Shown here piece after piece: positions 48,172 to 57,231 of a stretch of 64,000 nucleotides of DNA. How positions within the stretch are numbered: position 1 is the stretch's first letter; each line of letters starts with the position of its first letter. Under the pieces are notes generated by a model, which saw only the letters and a program-made list of their open reading frames with translations, was not told where the DNA came from and did no database searches. The stretch covers positions 8,307 through 72,306 of the forward strand of contig PFAP01000011.1 of the NCBI GenBank assembly GCA_002773615.1, given 5' to 3'. Made by a program: the position numbers and the translations under genes. Source of the DNA: Candidatus Falkowbacteria bacterium CG10_big_fil_rev_8_21_14_0_10_39_11 (lineage in GTDB: Bacteria; Patescibacteriota; Patescibacteriia; UBA11705).

Positions 48172-49635
48172 ATGACTATTCGCAAACTCATCAGCACAAT
48201 CAAGGGCCAATATCCTCAATCTGACATTGAAAGAGTCGAGGCTGCTTTTGACTTTGCCAACAAGGCTCATGCCGGACAAAAACGAGCTACCGGAGCTAAT
48301 TACATTGAACATTCTTTGGCCACAGCTCAAACGCTCGCCGAATTAAAACTACCACCAAACATGATCATTGCTGGTCTATTGCATGATGTACCAGAAGATA
48401 CCGAACATACACTAGCAGAAATCAAAGAAAAATTTGGCACCGATGTTGCCGGTATTGTTGAAGGCATTACCAAATTGAGTAACATCAAATATCTCGGCAT
48501 GGATCGCTACGTTGAAAATTTACGAAAAATGTTTGTTGCGATGGCCGAAGATATTAGAGTCATCATTGTCAAATTTGCTGACCGTTTGCACAACTTAAGC
48601 ACTCTCTACGCTTTACCAGCCAATAAACAAAAAAGAATTGCCATGGAAACTCTGGAGATATACGCTCCCATTGCCAACCGTCTCGGTATTGGTGAACTTC
48701 AATCTCGTCTCGAAGACACCGCCTTCAAATATGCCTATCCCGAAGAATATATCTGGGTTGAACAACTGATCAAACAAAACGCCCCGATCAAACAAAAAAC
48801 CTTAAACCTAATGATCAAACAACTCACCGATGAGCTTGGAACCGAAAAAATCAACTATGTCGAAATTTACGGCCGATCAAAACACTATTACAGCCTCTAT
48901 CGCAAGCTACTACGCTTCAATCGAGATATCACAAAAATCTACGACATCGTAGCGATTCGAGTGATTCTAAAAAATATCGCTGATTGTTATGCCACTCTCG
49001 GAATCATTCACAGTATATGGAAGCCGGTCAAAGGTAGAATTAAAGACTATATTGCCCAACCAAAACCCAATGGTTACCAATCTCTCCATACCACCGTATT
49101 TGGCGCCAATCAAGAAATCGTCGAGCTCCAACTCAGAAGTCAAACCATGGATGAACAAGCCGAATTTGGTATTGCTTCTCATTGGAATTACAAAGAATCA
49201 CCTCAAAATAAACAAGAAAAAAGTAAAAAAGAGGTTGCTTGGGTTCAAGACTTGGCTCGCTGGCTCAAAGATGTCCGGGACAATGAAAACTTTCTTGAAG
49301 GGGCCAAGATTGACGTTTTCCAAAATCGAATTTTCGTATTTACCCCACAAGGTGACGTCATCGACCTCCCGGACGGAGCGACGCCAGTTGACTTTGCTTA
49401 TCATATTCACACCGATATTGGTGACAAAACTGAACGAGCCATAGTCAACAACACTCAGATTAGCCTAGATACAAAATTAAAAAATGGTGACGTGGTAGAA
49501 ATTGTCACCGACAAAAACCGCAAAGGTCCCAATCCTGAATGGCTAAAATTTGTCACCACCCGAACCGCCAGACAGCATATTGCTATTTTCAAAAATCAAA
49601 GCTGGAAAAATCTTATATCAAAATTTAAAAAATAA
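48172..49635 (+). CDS. rel: Bifunctional (p)ppGpp synthetase/hydrolase Rel (HD-SYN-TGS)
   Basis: HAGQKR, LHDVPED, KFADRLHN, RIKDY, YQSLHT, TGS domain. Confidence 0.93.
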   Translation: MTIRKLISTIKGQYPQSDIERVEAAFDFANKAHAGQKRATGANYIEHSLATAQTLAELKLPPNMIIAGLLHDVPEDTEHTLAEIKEKFGTDVAGIVEGITKLSNIKYLGMDRYVENLRKMFVAMAEDIRVIIVKFADRLHNLSTLYALPANKQKRIAMETLEIYAPIANRLGIGELQSRLEDTAFKYAYPEEYIWVEQLIKQNAPIKQKTLNLMIKQLTDELGTEKINYVEIYGRSKHYYSLYRKLLRFNRDITKIYDIVAIRVILKNIADCYATLGIIHSIWKPVKGRIKDYIAQPKPNGYQSLHTTVFGANQEIVELQLRSQTMDEQAEFGIASHWNYKESPQNKQEKSKKEVAWVQDLARWLKDVRDNENFLEGAKIDVFQNRIFVFTPQGDVIDLPDGATPVDFAYHIHTDIGDKTERAIVNNTQISLDTKLKNGDVVEIVTDKNRKGPNPEWLKFVTTRTARQHIAIFKNQSWKNLISKFKK

Positions 49636-49637
49636 AT

Positions 49638-50231
49638 ATGAAAAAAATTTCCTTTATTACTTTAATGTTTTCATGCTTTTTTGTTTTCATGATTTTTACT
49701 CCCAACGCCCAAGCAATAATTGCGCCCACCGGCGCAGAGTGTACTGCCAACAATAAATGCGATACCTCTATTGACTTTTGTCCTACCACCACTCCTAGAG
49801 TCTGTACAACCAAAATAGCCACTGGCTCAACCAACTGTACAACCAATAACATGTGCCAATCAAACTATTGTAACACCACCAACTCTACCTGCGAGGTACA
49901 ACAACCGCCCATCCTCCCCCCTTCACAGCCATCAGGACTGACTCCAACCAATGCTAGTGGCACCACCACCTCTTTACCCAACCCACTTGGCACAACATCC
50001 ATCAACCTACTGCTTGGCCGTATCATCCGCTATGTTGTCGGTCTATCTGGTGCTCTAGCCCTAGTTATTTTTATTTATGGCGGCCTGATGTGGATTTTTT
50101 CTCAAGGCAAAGCCGACATGATTAACAAGGGGAAAAAAGCTATCTCCTATTCTGTTATCGGCCTGGTAATAATTTTCACCAGCTATATTATCATCCGATT
50201 CATCATCACCGCCCTGACAAAATTTACCTAA
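49638..50231 (+). CDS. VirB2/TrbC-like pilin with Cys-rich N-terminal extension
   Basis: Signal peptide, CxxNxxC repeats, LPNPLG...FIYGG...KGKKAISYSVIGL. Confidence 0.8.
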   Translation: MKKISFITLMFSCFFVFMIFTPNAQAIIAPTGAECTANNKCDTSIDFCPTTTPRVCTTKIATGSTNCTTNNMCQSNYCNTTNSTCEVQQPPILPPSQPSGLTPTNASGTTTSLPNPLGTTSINLLLGRIIRYVVGLSGALALVIFIYGGLMWIFSQGKADMINKGKKAISYSVIGLVIIFTSYIIIRFIITALTKFT

Positions 50232-50254
50232 AATTAAGCATATCACTCTCAAGA

Positions 50255-50302
50255 AAAACACTTTACAGTTGACTTTTTTCAAAATATATGGTAAAGTGTT
50301 TT
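50255..50302 (+). promoter_or_regulatory. Promoter bracketed by a perfect 12-bp inverted repeat
   Basis: AAAACACTTTAC-24-GTAAAGTGTTTT; TTGACT-17-TAAAGT. Confidence 0.6.
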
Positions 50303-50357
50303 GTAATACCCGAGTTCGTTTAAAACCAATCAGAACCACTCTAAAAGGAGTCTAACC

Positions 50358-51452
50358 ATGGAATGGTACAATATCGCTGGTATTATCTGTCTAGTCCTTC
50401 TTGCTGCAGTACCTTTCATTACCATTATCAAACAGCCGACCATGATTTTTACTCTCCGGCTTGGCAAACTTGATCGAATTCTCCTTCCTGGACTCAACTG
50501 GCGAATCCCATTGATTGACGATCTTAATACTTTCCGTTTCTCAACCAAAATCTTCAAAAAAGACGGCGACGATAAAAAAATCACAGAAAGCATTATCACT
50601 TCCGATGGACGAATCGTTACTGTAGAAATCGGCCTGGTCACTCAAATTGGCCGAAGCAAAAACGTTTGCAGAAATGGGAATCCATTTAACCCGAACAGCG
50701 ATGATGCTGATTACGCCGAACGATTCATCAACAGTCAAGATGACTTAGATAAAATCGTTCGAGAAATCATTATTGACATTGTTCGCAGTGCTATCAATGG
50801 TTATGAATTCGATGACACCCAGACACACAAACAACTCGTTCTTCAATTCCTTAGATTCTATGTCAAAACCCTAGCCAATGAAGAAGTTGATAACTCTGAC
50901 CCTGCACATATCAACGAAATCAAAGCTTATGAGGACCAAAGACTACAACAAGCTCTTGATGGCCTTGATCCTGTGACTGACGAACGTAGAATCAAACTGA
51001 TTACTAGACTTTTCAATGTCACTCGGATTGACCACGCCAAACTGGTTGCCAATCACTCTATCCTTGAAACCACCGGTCTCCATATCGTCCGTGTCAATAT
51101 CGATGACATCTCTCCTCCAGATAAAATTGTTGACGCATATCAAGCCATCGAAACCGCCCATGCTCAGTCCCTAGCCGCCAAAGAAACGGCCAAAAGAGAT
51201 ATTACTATTGCCAAGGGTGAAGCCAAATCAATTGACATTAAAGCCACAGCCGAAGCCTCTAGACGCTTAAAGATGCTCGAAGCTGAAGCCGCAGGCCAAA
51301 ATAGTATTGAAGAAGTTCGAACCGCTCACCTTAGAGCTCGAACCAAAGATGGCATTGGTGACCTTGCCAACGCTGCCATTGAATTTGCTGGTGCCTTCGC
51401 TGACCGTGCTCGCAATGGTGGCGGTTCAAGTAATAAAAAAGACAAATCCTAA
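50358..51452 (+). CDS. SPFH/band-7 domain membrane protein
   Basis: N-terminal TM, RLGKLDRILLPGLNWRIPLID, A/E-rich coiled coil. Confidence 0.85.
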   Translation: MEWYNIAGIICLVLLAAVPFITIIKQPTMIFTLRLGKLDRILLPGLNWRIPLIDDLNTFRFSTKIFKKDGDDKKITESIITSDGRIVTVEIGLVTQIGRSKNVCRNGNPFNPNSDDADYAERFINSQDDLDKIVREIIIDIVRSAINGYEFDDTQTHKQLVLQFLRFYVKTLANEEVDNSDPAHINEIKAYEDQRLQQALDGLDPVTDERRIKLITRLFNVTRIDHAKLVANHSILETTGLHIVRVNIDDISPPDKIVDAYQAIETAHAQSLAAKETAKRDITIAKGEAKSIDIKATAEASRRLKMLEAEAAGQNSIEEVRTAHLRARTKDGIGDLANAAIEFAGAFADRARNGGGSSNKKDKS

Positions 51453-51638
51453 ACTTACATACCTCAAAACTGAGGTATTTTTTTATTTCTTTATCATGTT
51501 ATAATTTCTTTGCTTTTATGTTTTAATGCTTTCTTGTTTTCATGTTCTTTTACCCTAAAACCACCCCAATATTGACAACATATAAAAAAATATGATATAA
51601 TGTTATGTAATCAAAATCCTGAATACAAGGAGAGAAAC

Positions 51639-52304
51639 ATGACATATCTGATTCTCGTTCTACTGTTTGCCGCTACCGCTCTTTTCATGCTTGGAATTCA
51701 CTGGGGTCTATCACTTGGAGTTGTCGTCATCGGCATCTTCGTAATCGGTTATCTAATCCGTCGAAAGAATGCAACTACCACCCCAGCCACCACAACGACC
51801 ACCACCCCAAAGAAAAAACCGGAATTCCACTGGAGTCTCTACATCTTCTCTCTGATCATCATCGGGTTGTTGGCTTGGGTCATCGTTGGTGGCGCCCCAT
51901 ACGCCGCCAGCTGTGCTAGTGGCTGTATTAGCGGCTGCAACAAAAGCTGGAAAGACTTCAACATCGCCAGCACCCAAGCTCGACCAGAAAATACCGTCAG
52001 CAAACCTGTCTGGTGGGCTGGACCGGTCAATCCCGGCATGATCGTGGAGATCGGCGAGATCACTTACAACAGCACACCACGAATGAACAACTGCATCGCA
52101 ATCTACATCAACTACTCGGCTGTTCAATGCCGTCTTCTCGATCCCACCACCGAAGGAACCTCAAAGTGGGAAGAAGTGAGCATGGACAACAATGGCCAAG
52201 AATTTTGCGCCAGTCCAGTCACATCTGGCATCCTACAGTTGACCGTCCCACCTGGAGGCGTTCAAGAATACGTCACCATACTTCACTACAAATCAAGACA
52301 ATAA
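51639..52304 (+). CDS. Hypothetical membrane protein
   Basis: SD aaggag + ATG 51639; three TM helices, Thr linker; own TTGACA-18-TATAAT promoter and terminator. Confidence 0.65.
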   Translation: MTYLILVLLFAATALFMLGIHWGLSLGVVVIGIFVIGYLIRRKNATTTPATTTTTTPKKKPEFHWSLYIFSLIIIGLLAWVIVGGAPYAASCASGCISGCNKSWKDFNIASTQARPENTVSKPVWWAGPVNPGMIVEIGEITYNSTPRMNNCIAIYINYSAVQCRLLDPTTEGTSKWEEVSMDNNGQEFCASPVTSGILQLTVPPGGVQEYVTILHYKSRQ

Positions 52305-52396
52305 AGATCAAAAGACCGCTCGGTATCACCCGAACGGCTTTTTTTATATTTGATATTCAATAATTCGTACCTTTGTATTATTCGTGATTAGAACCA

Positions 52397-52987
52397 CTAC
52401 TCTGCTGCTGGATCTATTACTTTATCACCATAAAAATTCAAACTATTGAGCAATAACTTTGCATCTTCACTATTATCCATCAAACGAATCTCAACAATTC
52501 GATCAGCCAGCTCAAATCCAATCACATCCATCTTCTCCGACTCCGGCAATCCGGTTACTTCACGCAATAATGTTCCTTCTCGATCATCAACGCGAATCGT
52601 TTCTTTTTCAATCTCCGAATCCCACAAATCGCGTTCTACTTCCTTACGAAAATAATCACCGATGGAATATCCAACATTCCAATTAACAAATCCTTTGACA
52701 ATCACCGCGCCTTTATATTCATCAGTCAATTTTTTATTTTCTGGATAAAAAACTACTTTACGACCACCTTCGAGATCAGTGGCATCATCCTGATAAGTCC
52801 ATCCTTTTGGTACTCGAAGCTCATATCTAAATAACGGATTGGTATATGTACCAAACCCCCGGACTCCCTCTGAGACGGTCTCTGGGTTAACATTCCAACT
52901 AACTCGTTCATATTTTGGCGCCTTTTCACAACCAGCCAAAGTAAAAGCCATCACCATGATCAACCCTCCAAGTAAAATCTTTTTCAT
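52397..52987 (-). CDS. Lipoprotein with PsbP-like domain
   Basis: MKKILL...LAGC lipobox; YTNPLFRYELRVPKGW. Confidence 0.7.
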   Translation of the reverse strand: MKKILLGGLIMVMAFTLAGCEKAPKYERVSWNVNPETVSEGVRGFGTYTNPLFRYELRVPKGWTYQDDATDLEGGRKVVFYPENKKLTDEYKGAVIVKGFVNWNVGYSIGDYFRKEVERDLWDSEIEKETIRVDDREGTLLREVTGLPESEKMDVIGFELADRIVEIRLMDNSEDAKLLLNSLNFYGDKVIDPAAE

Positions 52988-53031
52988 AAAATATTTGTAT
53001 CTTAATTCTCTTTCCTTATTTATTCTCAATC

Positions 53032-53051
53032 CTTGCCTGCCGGCAGGCAGG
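53032..53051. repeat. Family A 20-nt palindromic element
   Basis: cttgcctgccggcaggcagg. Confidence 0.75.
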
Positions 53052-53067
53052 TCTTAATTATCTTACT

Positions 53068-53949
53068 TTAATTCGTTATTTTAAACACTATATCATTAAA
53101 CTCTTCTTCTGAATAAAAGTCAATCACGATCTGTCCCCTGCCACCTTTTTTGGTCACCGATACTTTGGTTGACAAAGCATCCCGAATTTCTTCTTTAGCC
53201 GCCTCGGTAGTCGGATCAAGCTGTTCTCTAGACTTTGACTTACCTCTTTTGGTCAATTTGCGGCTTTCTTGCTCAGCATCTCTTACGGTAAAATTATAAT
53301 TCAATATTTGTTCCAAAAAATTCAATTGTTTTTCATCAGTCTCAAATCCCGCAATCACTCTGGCATGACCTTCGGTAATTTTACCATCCACCAAAGCCTT
53401 TTGTACCTCTTCTGGCAAATTTATAACTCGCAGCCTATTGGCAATCGAAGACCGGGATTTTCCCACACGTTCAGCCACCTCTTCTTGAGTCAAATTAAAC
53501 TCGTCCATCAATTTTTGATACGCCAAAGCTTCTTCAATCGGATTAAGCTGTTGCCGTTGTACATTTTCAATCAATGCTAACTCCAATTTTTCCTGTTCAT
53601 CAGCCTCTCTCACTATACACGGGACCGTACTCAATCCGGCAATCTTTGATGACCGCATTCGCCGCTCACCGGCAATCAGTTCATATCGATCACCTTGCTT
53701 AGTGACAATCAATGGCTGAATCACCCCATACTCTTTGATTGAATTAATCAGTTCTTCCAATTCACTATGATCAAAAACTCGTCGGGGTTGCATTGGGTTA
53801 ACATCAATTTTATCGAGTGGCACCTGCAAAATCTTGTCACTTTCATCAATCAAAAGATCTCTGTGTTGCTGCGACACCACCTCTTCTGTGATTTTTTTAT
53901 TTGGGATAAGAGATCCCAATCCTCGTCCCAAACCACCGACTTTTGTCAT
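53068..53949 (-). CDS. parB: Chromosome partitioning protein ParB/Spo0J
   Basis: GLGRGLGSLI, IAGERR, ENVQR, HTH. Confidence 0.96.
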   Translation of the reverse strand: MTKVGGLGRGLGSLIPNKKITEEVVSQQHRDLLIDESDKILQVPLDKIDVNPMQPRRVFDHSELEELINSIKEYGVIQPLIVTKQGDRYELIAGERRMRSSKIAGLSTVPCIVREADEQEKLELALIENVQRQQLNPIEEALAYQKLMDEFNLTQEEVAERVGKSRSSIANRLRVINLPEEVQKALVDGKITEGHARVIAGFETDEKQLNFLEQILNYNFTVRDAEQESRKLTKRGKSKSREQLDPTTEAAKEEIRDALSTKVSVTKKGGRGQIVIDFYSEEEFNDIVFKITN

Positions 53950-53967
53950 AATATTTTTATTTTTTAT

Positions 53968-54735
53968 TTATTCGTCTAAAATATCCAAAACCTCACGAGC
54001 CAACTTACTATATGCTTTTGCGCCTTTAGACAATGGATCATATTGAGAAATTGCCAATCCATGACTGGGTGATTCTGATAACCTGACATTTCGAGGAATA
54101 GTTGAACGAAAAATTTTATTTGGGAAATGTTGATATAATTCTTGCATCACTTGACCGGACAATCTGGTCCTCTTGTCATACATCGTCAAAACCGCCCCCA
54201 ATATATTTAATTCTTCTTTTATATTTTCCCTAACCAAAGAAACCGTATTCAACAGTTGCCCCAAACCTTCCAATGCATAATATTCAGCCTGGACCGGAAT
54301 CAGTAAGTGATCAGACGCCACCAATCCATTGATGGTCAAAATCCCCAATGATGGTGGACAGTCAATCAAAATCACATCATAATCACCTTTTACTTCATGT
54401 AATGCATCTGACAATCGAAATTCTCTTCTATCCACATCAACCAACTCAACATTAGCTCCAGCTAAAGCCTGAGTTGATGGCGCAATTCTATAGCCATGAA
54501 TCCCTGTCGGCATAACAATCTCTCGCACCAAATGGCGACCTATAAGTGCTTCATAAATTCCTTTGTCTAAATCTTGATAACTCACACCCAATCCCGATGA
54601 TGCATTCGCCTGTGGATCAAGATCAACCAAAAGAACATACTTGCCATGTTCTGCCAAATAAGCTCCCAAATTGATCGCAGTGGTTGTTTTACCTACACCA
54701 CCTTTTTGATTAACCACGCCGATTATATGCGCCAT
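53968..54735 (-). CDS. parA: Chromosome partitioning ATPase ParA/Soj
   Basis: NQKGGVGKTT, DLDPQAN, DCPPSLG, EYYALEG. Confidence 0.96.
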   Translation of the reverse strand: MAHIIGVVNQKGGVGKTTTAINLGAYLAEHGKYVLLVDLDPQANASSGLGVSYQDLDKGIYEALIGRHLVREIVMPTGIHGYRIAPSTQALAGANVELVDVDRREFRLSDALHEVKGDYDVILIDCPPSLGILTINGLVASDHLLIPVQAEYYALEGLGQLLNTVSLVRENIKEELNILGAVLTMYDKRTRLSGQVMQELYQHFPNKIFRSTIPRNVRLSESPSHGLAISQYDPLSKGAKAYSKLAREVLDILDE

Positions 54736-54827
54736 ATCATTAAAGAAAAACTATAGGAGATTCTACCCCTATGATTTCCCTATTAAAATGTTATATTCTA
54801 TTACAATTATAACTAACAATTTGACTT

Positions 54828-54856
54828 TTGACAATATATGAAATGTGTAGTATAAT
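54828..54856 (+). promoter_or_regulatory. Consensus sigma70 promoter for the tRNA region
   Basis: TTGACA-17-TATAAT. Confidence 0.85.
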
Positions 54857-54942
54857 GACCCTGCTTTCCACTGAAATTTCTACCCTCCAAATTAGCCATT
54901 TTGATGATTCCAGAACAAGCTAATTCACACCTCAAACATCTT

Positions 54943-55016
54943 GCCGCGGTGGCGGACTTGCCTCCCGTATGGGAGGACTGGTAGACCTGTCTACCGGCAG
55001 GCAGGCGCGCTAAGAC
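54943..55016 (+). pseudogene. tRNA-Leu 5'-half remnant with two 20-nt palindromic insertions
   Basis: Removing 54957-54976 and 54986-55005 gives GCCGCGGTGGCGGAACTGGTAGACGCGCT, 27/29 identical to the tRNA at 55266. Confidence 0.8.
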
Positions 55017-55023
55017 ACACTAT

Positions 55024-55262
55024 ATGATGTATTATGTATATGCATTAAGCAGTAAAATTAAACTGTATATCTATGTTGGTCTAACCAGTAACTTATTAAG
55101 AAGAATTAACCAATATAATTCAGGAAAAGAAAAAAACACTAGACCATTCAAACCATTTGTATTAATATACCAAAAAGAATTCGACACTAGACCAGATGCT
55201 CGCAAAATGAAAAATATCTTAAGGGAGGATCGGGGAAAGAATTTCTAAAAAAATTATTATAA
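55024..55262 (+). pseudogene. Small GIY-YIG nuclease with 1-nt frameshift near 55207
   Basis: YYVYAL...YVGLTSNLLRR; the shifted frame gives EKYLKGGSGKEFLKKLL*. Confidence 0.8.
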
Positions 55263-55265
55263 TAA

Positions 55266-55352
55266 GCCGAAGTGGCGGAACTGGTAGACGCGCTGGACTC
55301 AAAATCCAGTGATGGCGACATCGTGAGAGTTCGAGTCTCTCCTTCGGCACCA
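55266..55352 (+). tRNA. tRNA-Leu(CAA)
   Basis: Cloverleaf with long variable arm, ctgga-ctCAAaa-tccag, encoded CCA. Confidence 0.96.
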
Positions 55353-55446
55353 AATTTCAATACAAAGATACAAATGCATCACTTTTAATTTAATCCTTGC
55401 CAAATTATTAATTATCATGTATGATATTAGCGATGTCAAAAATTAA

Positions 55447-55521
55447 CGCGGAGTAGAGCAGTGGCAGCTCGCCAGGCCCATAACCTGGAGGTCGGAGGTT
55501 CGAATCCTCCCTCCGCAACCA
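55447..55521 (+). tRNA. Initiator tRNA-fMet(CAT)
   Basis: C1-A72 mismatch, A11-U24, CAT anticodon, CCA; promoter TTGCCA-17-TATGAT at 55397-55425. Confidence 0.92.
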
Positions 55522-55641
55522 AATCATAAAATTCTAAATTCTAAGCTCTAAACTCTAAAAATATCTCCCAGTTTTAGTCTTTAGAATTTCGAGTTTAGTC
55601 TTTTTTTGATGATTAATAGTTCAATAGTGATTCAATTTTAT

Positions 55642-55718
55642 GGCAGGGTAGCTCAGTTGGTCAGAGCGAGGGAATCATAACCCCTAGGTCGGCGGTTCAA
55701 CCCCGCCCCCTGTCACCA
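55642..55718 (+). tRNA. tRNA with CAT anticodon, probably elongator Met
   Basis: GGC start, G1-C72 pair, atCATaa loop, CCA; Ile2 not fully excluded. Confidence 0.88.
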
Positions 55719-55730
55719 TATATCAAATAC

Positions 55731-56714
55731 ATGCAATATATTATATTTTGGGATTACAAAATTCTTTCAATCCTAGCTCTCAGTCTATTAACAATATACA
55801 CTTTTGCCGGCAGCCTCAAACGTCACTGGGACTATGATTCAAAAAACCAAAAAATCCTCAAATTTTCCATTGAGGCTTTTTTTGTATTACTTTTTCTGAC
55901 CGTTTTTTATGGCAGTTTTATCGAACCACAATGGATTCAAACCAAACAGATTGACATAAATCTAAACAACACCAACCGAACAGAAAGCATCAAAATCGTC
56001 CAACTAACAGACACTCATGCCGGACCATATAAAGGACCGGGATATTTCAAACGAGTAGCAAAAAAAATAGCCGTTATTAATCCAGACATCATTTTGATGA
56101 CCGGCGACTATGTTCTCGGTGCGGCCAAAAACATCGAATATTTGACTCCCCTGAAAGAAATTACCACCGCTTACCCGACCTATGCCATTTCTGGTAATCA
56201 TGAATATAATCTCGGCTTTGAACAAGATTTTTATGATGGAAAAACTATCGACAAAACTGCAACTATCAAAGAATTTTTTCAATCAATTAACGTCAATTTC
56301 ATTGACAATCAAACAAAACTAATCAATACCAAACAAGGTCCATTATACGTTTCAGGCATTAGAGAAATTTGGTATGAACCCAACTCTGTTGACAATGAAT
56401 TAAACCGCATGGGGGGATCAATCAGTACTTCTCAGCCCCATATTTTATTGGCCCACAACCCAGAAGTTATTCTCAAACCAGCTTCTGAAAAATTTGACCT
56501 CGTCCTGTCCGGTCATACCCACGGCGGCCAAATACGCCTACCCTTTATCGGATCACTCAGCTCCTTGCCGACAAAATTGGGTCGGAAATTTGATATGGGA
56601 TTATTTCAATTAGATAAAAATCAACTATACATTTCCAAAGGTCTCGGAGAATCTGGACCACGAGCTCGCCTCTTTTGTCGCCCAGAGCTAACTGTTTTAA
56701 ACATCAACTTATAA
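55731..56714 (+). CDS. Membrane-associated metallophosphoesterase (YkuE-like)
   Basis: DTH, GD, GNHE, HNP, GHTHGGQ. Confidence 0.9.
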   Translation: MQYIIFWDYKILSILALSLLTIYTFAGSLKRHWDYDSKNQKILKFSIEAFFVLLFLTVFYGSFIEPQWIQTKQIDINLNNTNRTESIKIVQLTDTHAGPYKGPGYFKRVAKKIAVINPDIILMTGDYVLGAAKNIEYLTPLKEITTAYPTYAISGNHEYNLGFEQDFYDGKTIDKTATIKEFFQSINVNFIDNQTKLINTKQGPLYVSGIREIWYEPNSVDNELNRMGGSISTSQPHILLAHNPEVILKPASEKFDLVLSGHTHGGQIRLPFIGSLSSLPTKLGRKFDMGLFQLDKNQLYISKGLGESGPRARLFCRPELTVLNINL

Positions 56715-56766
56715 CAATCTTAATCTCTTTCCATTAATAATCTTAATTTTCTCAATCTTTTTCTAT

Positions 56767-57231
56767 ATGCTAATGACCGTTCACGGAGCTGCAGGAGCCT
56801 TTATCGGAGAAAGAATCAACAGTATTCCCCTGACTTTTATCATCAGCTTCATAACACATTTCTTGTTCGACATTATTCCTCATGGAGATCATGACAATGT
56901 TATTGCTTTTAAAACCGAAAAAAAAATCAAACAGGTTGTGGGCCTGATTGCAGTCGATGCAGTTTTGGGCTTAATGTTTTTATCGCTATATTTCAGTCAA
57001 GTAAAAAATACCGGAGCCAACATTTATCCAATAATTGCCGGTATTTTTGGCGGTGTTTTACCTGATTTATTGGTTGGCTTATATCAAATGAACAAAAAAT
57101 ATTTTTTCCGGTTCAACTTCATTCACATGCGAATTCATGAATTGATAAAATTTCGGATCCCATTAAAAGTTGCCTTTGTACTTCAGATTTTATTCATCAT
57201 TATTATCTGGCAATTCTATAAATTTCAATAG
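56767..57231 (+). CDS. Membrane protein, putative metal-dependent hydrolase
   Basis: N-terminal TVH, HFLFDIIPH, PD motifs; several TMs. Confidence 0.6.
   Translation: MLMTVHGAAGAFIGERINSIPLTFIISFITHFLFDIIPHGDHDNVIAFKTEKKIKQVVGLIAVDAVLGLMFLSLYFSQVKNTGANIYPIIAGIFGGVLPDLLVGLYQMNKKYFFRFNFIHMRIHELIKFRIPLKVAFVLQILFIIIIWQFYKFQ

Noticed and set aside
53068-54860. parS site or oriC beside parAB
   Set aside because: No TGTTTCACGTGAAACA-like palindrome and no DnaA-box cluster seen there
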